In this document: one piece after another, positions 62,440 to 64,000 of the stretch
Layout: each line of letters opens with the position of its first letter
How positions within the stretch are numbered: position 1 is the first letter of the stretch
Origin: Mobula hypostoma
Taxonomy: Eukaryota
Assembly: GCF_963921235.1 (NCBI RefSeq)
Contig: NC_086097.1
Span: forward strand, 7,874,001-7,938,000
DNA: 64,000 nt
Reading direction: 5' to 3'
The notes under the pieces: generated by a model
The model's database searches: none
What the model was told of the DNA's origin: nothing
Seen by the model: the letters and a program-made list of their open reading frames with translations, nothing else
Made by a program: the position numbers and the translations under genes

Positions 62440-64000
62440 CATAAGGCTATAAGACACGGGGAAAAGTTATTAGGCCATTCAGCCCATCAAATCTGCTTTG
62501 CCATTCCATCATGGCTGATTTATTTTCCCTCTTAACTCCATTGTCCCACCTTCTCCCAATAACCTTTGATGCCCTTACTAATCAAGAACCTATCAACCTT
62601 CACTTTAAGTACAGTCAATGCTTTGGCCTTCAAAGGCATCCATGACAGTTAATTCCCAAGATTTACCACCCTCAGTTTAAAGAAATCCCTCCTCACCTCC
62701 ACTGTAAAGGGACATCCATCTATTCTGAGGCTGTGCCCCCAGGCTTAGACTTTTCCACAATTGAAAACTTCCTCTCCAAGGCTTTCAATATTCAACAGGT
62801 TTCAACGAGATCCTTCCACATTCTTCTAAACTCAACAAGTACAAGCCCAGAGCCATCAAACACTCCTCATATGTAAACACTGGGATCATTGTAAGTTCCT
62901 GGGCTCATTCTTGTGAACTTCCCCTGGATCCTCGCCATTGCAGCACATTCATCCATTGATATGAAACCCTAAATCACTCATAGTGTGTTCTGACAATGCC
63001 TTATAAAGCTTTAGTATTACATCCTTGCTTTGTATTGCAGTCCTCTCAAAATGAATGCTAACATTGCATTTGCCTTCCTTACTACTGACTCAACCTGCAC
63101 AAGGACTGTTGTATTCCTAATTTACCCATGTATCATTGGCAGTTAAACTTTAACTGTAACTGTATACCAAAATAGTGATTAAAGAAGACAGTGTTCCATA
63201 CATAATCAGAAGGCCTTTGACAAAGTGACATACGTGAGGCTGCTGAACAATCTAAGAGGCCATGGTATTACAGGAAAGACACCAGCATGGAAAAAGCCGA
63301 TTATTAAGGATGTGGTTTTGGTGTACTTGGGGGCCCATGATAAAATAGCCCACAATCAGCATGGTTTCCTCAAGGGAAAATCTTTTCTGATAGATCTGTT
63401 AGAATTCTTTGAAGAAGTACCCCAAGTACTTGCCTTCCTCACCACAGACTCAACATGCAAATTAACCTTTAAGGAATACTGCATGAGGACTCTGGTTGCA
63501 CCTCAGAATTTCGGATTTTTTCTCCATATAGAAAATAGTCTACTCTTTTATTTCTTTTGATTTTTACTTGCTGACACTGTATTCCATCTACCACTTCTTT
63601 GCCCATTCTCCTAATCTGTCTAAGTCCTTCTGTAGCCTTTACTTCTTCAAAACTATCTGCCCCTAAAACTATCTTTGTGTCCTCCACAAACTTTGCCACA
63701 AAGCTATCATCCAAGTCATTGACATATAAAGAGAAGCGGTCCCAACACAGACCCCTGTGGAACACCATTAGTCACCATTAACCAATCGGAAAAGGCTCCC
63801 TTTATCCCCACTCTTTGCCTCAATCAGCCACAGTTCTATCCATGCTAGAATCTTTCCTGTAATATCATGAGCTTGTAGCTTGTGAAGCAGCCTCATGTGT
63901 GGCACCTTGTCAAAGGCCTTCTGAATATCCAAGTACACAACATTCAACAATTCTCCTTTATCTATCCTACTTCTTATTTCTTCAAAGAATTCTAACAGAT
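62440..64000 (-). mobile_element. CR1 fragments (minus 62440-63100 and 63425-64000; short plus piece 63210-63420)
   Basis: VYLDIQKAFDKVPH, YVNDLDD..AKFVEDTK, NQHGFLKGKS; CR1 3' UTR at 62440. Confidence 0.85.

Overview
Eukaryotic, repeat-dense vertebrate DNA. The mix of CR1, Rex1/Babar, Penelope-like, R4/Dong, RTE, L1/Tx1 and V-SINE/HE1-like repeats suggests a cartilaginous fish, probably a batoid (inference). No host protein-coding exon can be supported, so this is intron or intergenic sequence. Most listed ORFs are decayed retrotransposon pieces, their antisense shadows or chance ORFs. Most notable: (1) a family of Penelope-derived minimal hammerhead ribozymes, including two almost identical 131-bp insertions that begin exactly at an intact ribozyme and have their own target-site duplications (TSDs); (2) a second, different hammerhead in an inverted Penelope GIY-YIG insertion; (3) a perfect five-unit heat-shock element with CCAAT, TATA and CTCF-like motifs in non-repeat DNA, with no visible gene; (4) a fossil Chapaev3-like transposase; (5) R4/Dong LINEs flanked by (TAA)n; (6) unusual MITEs (a nested four-TIR mariner palindrome and hAT-like elements with 6-bp TSDs). 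Repeat boundaries are approximate unless a TSD is quoted. Family names come from recalled motifs, not database searches.
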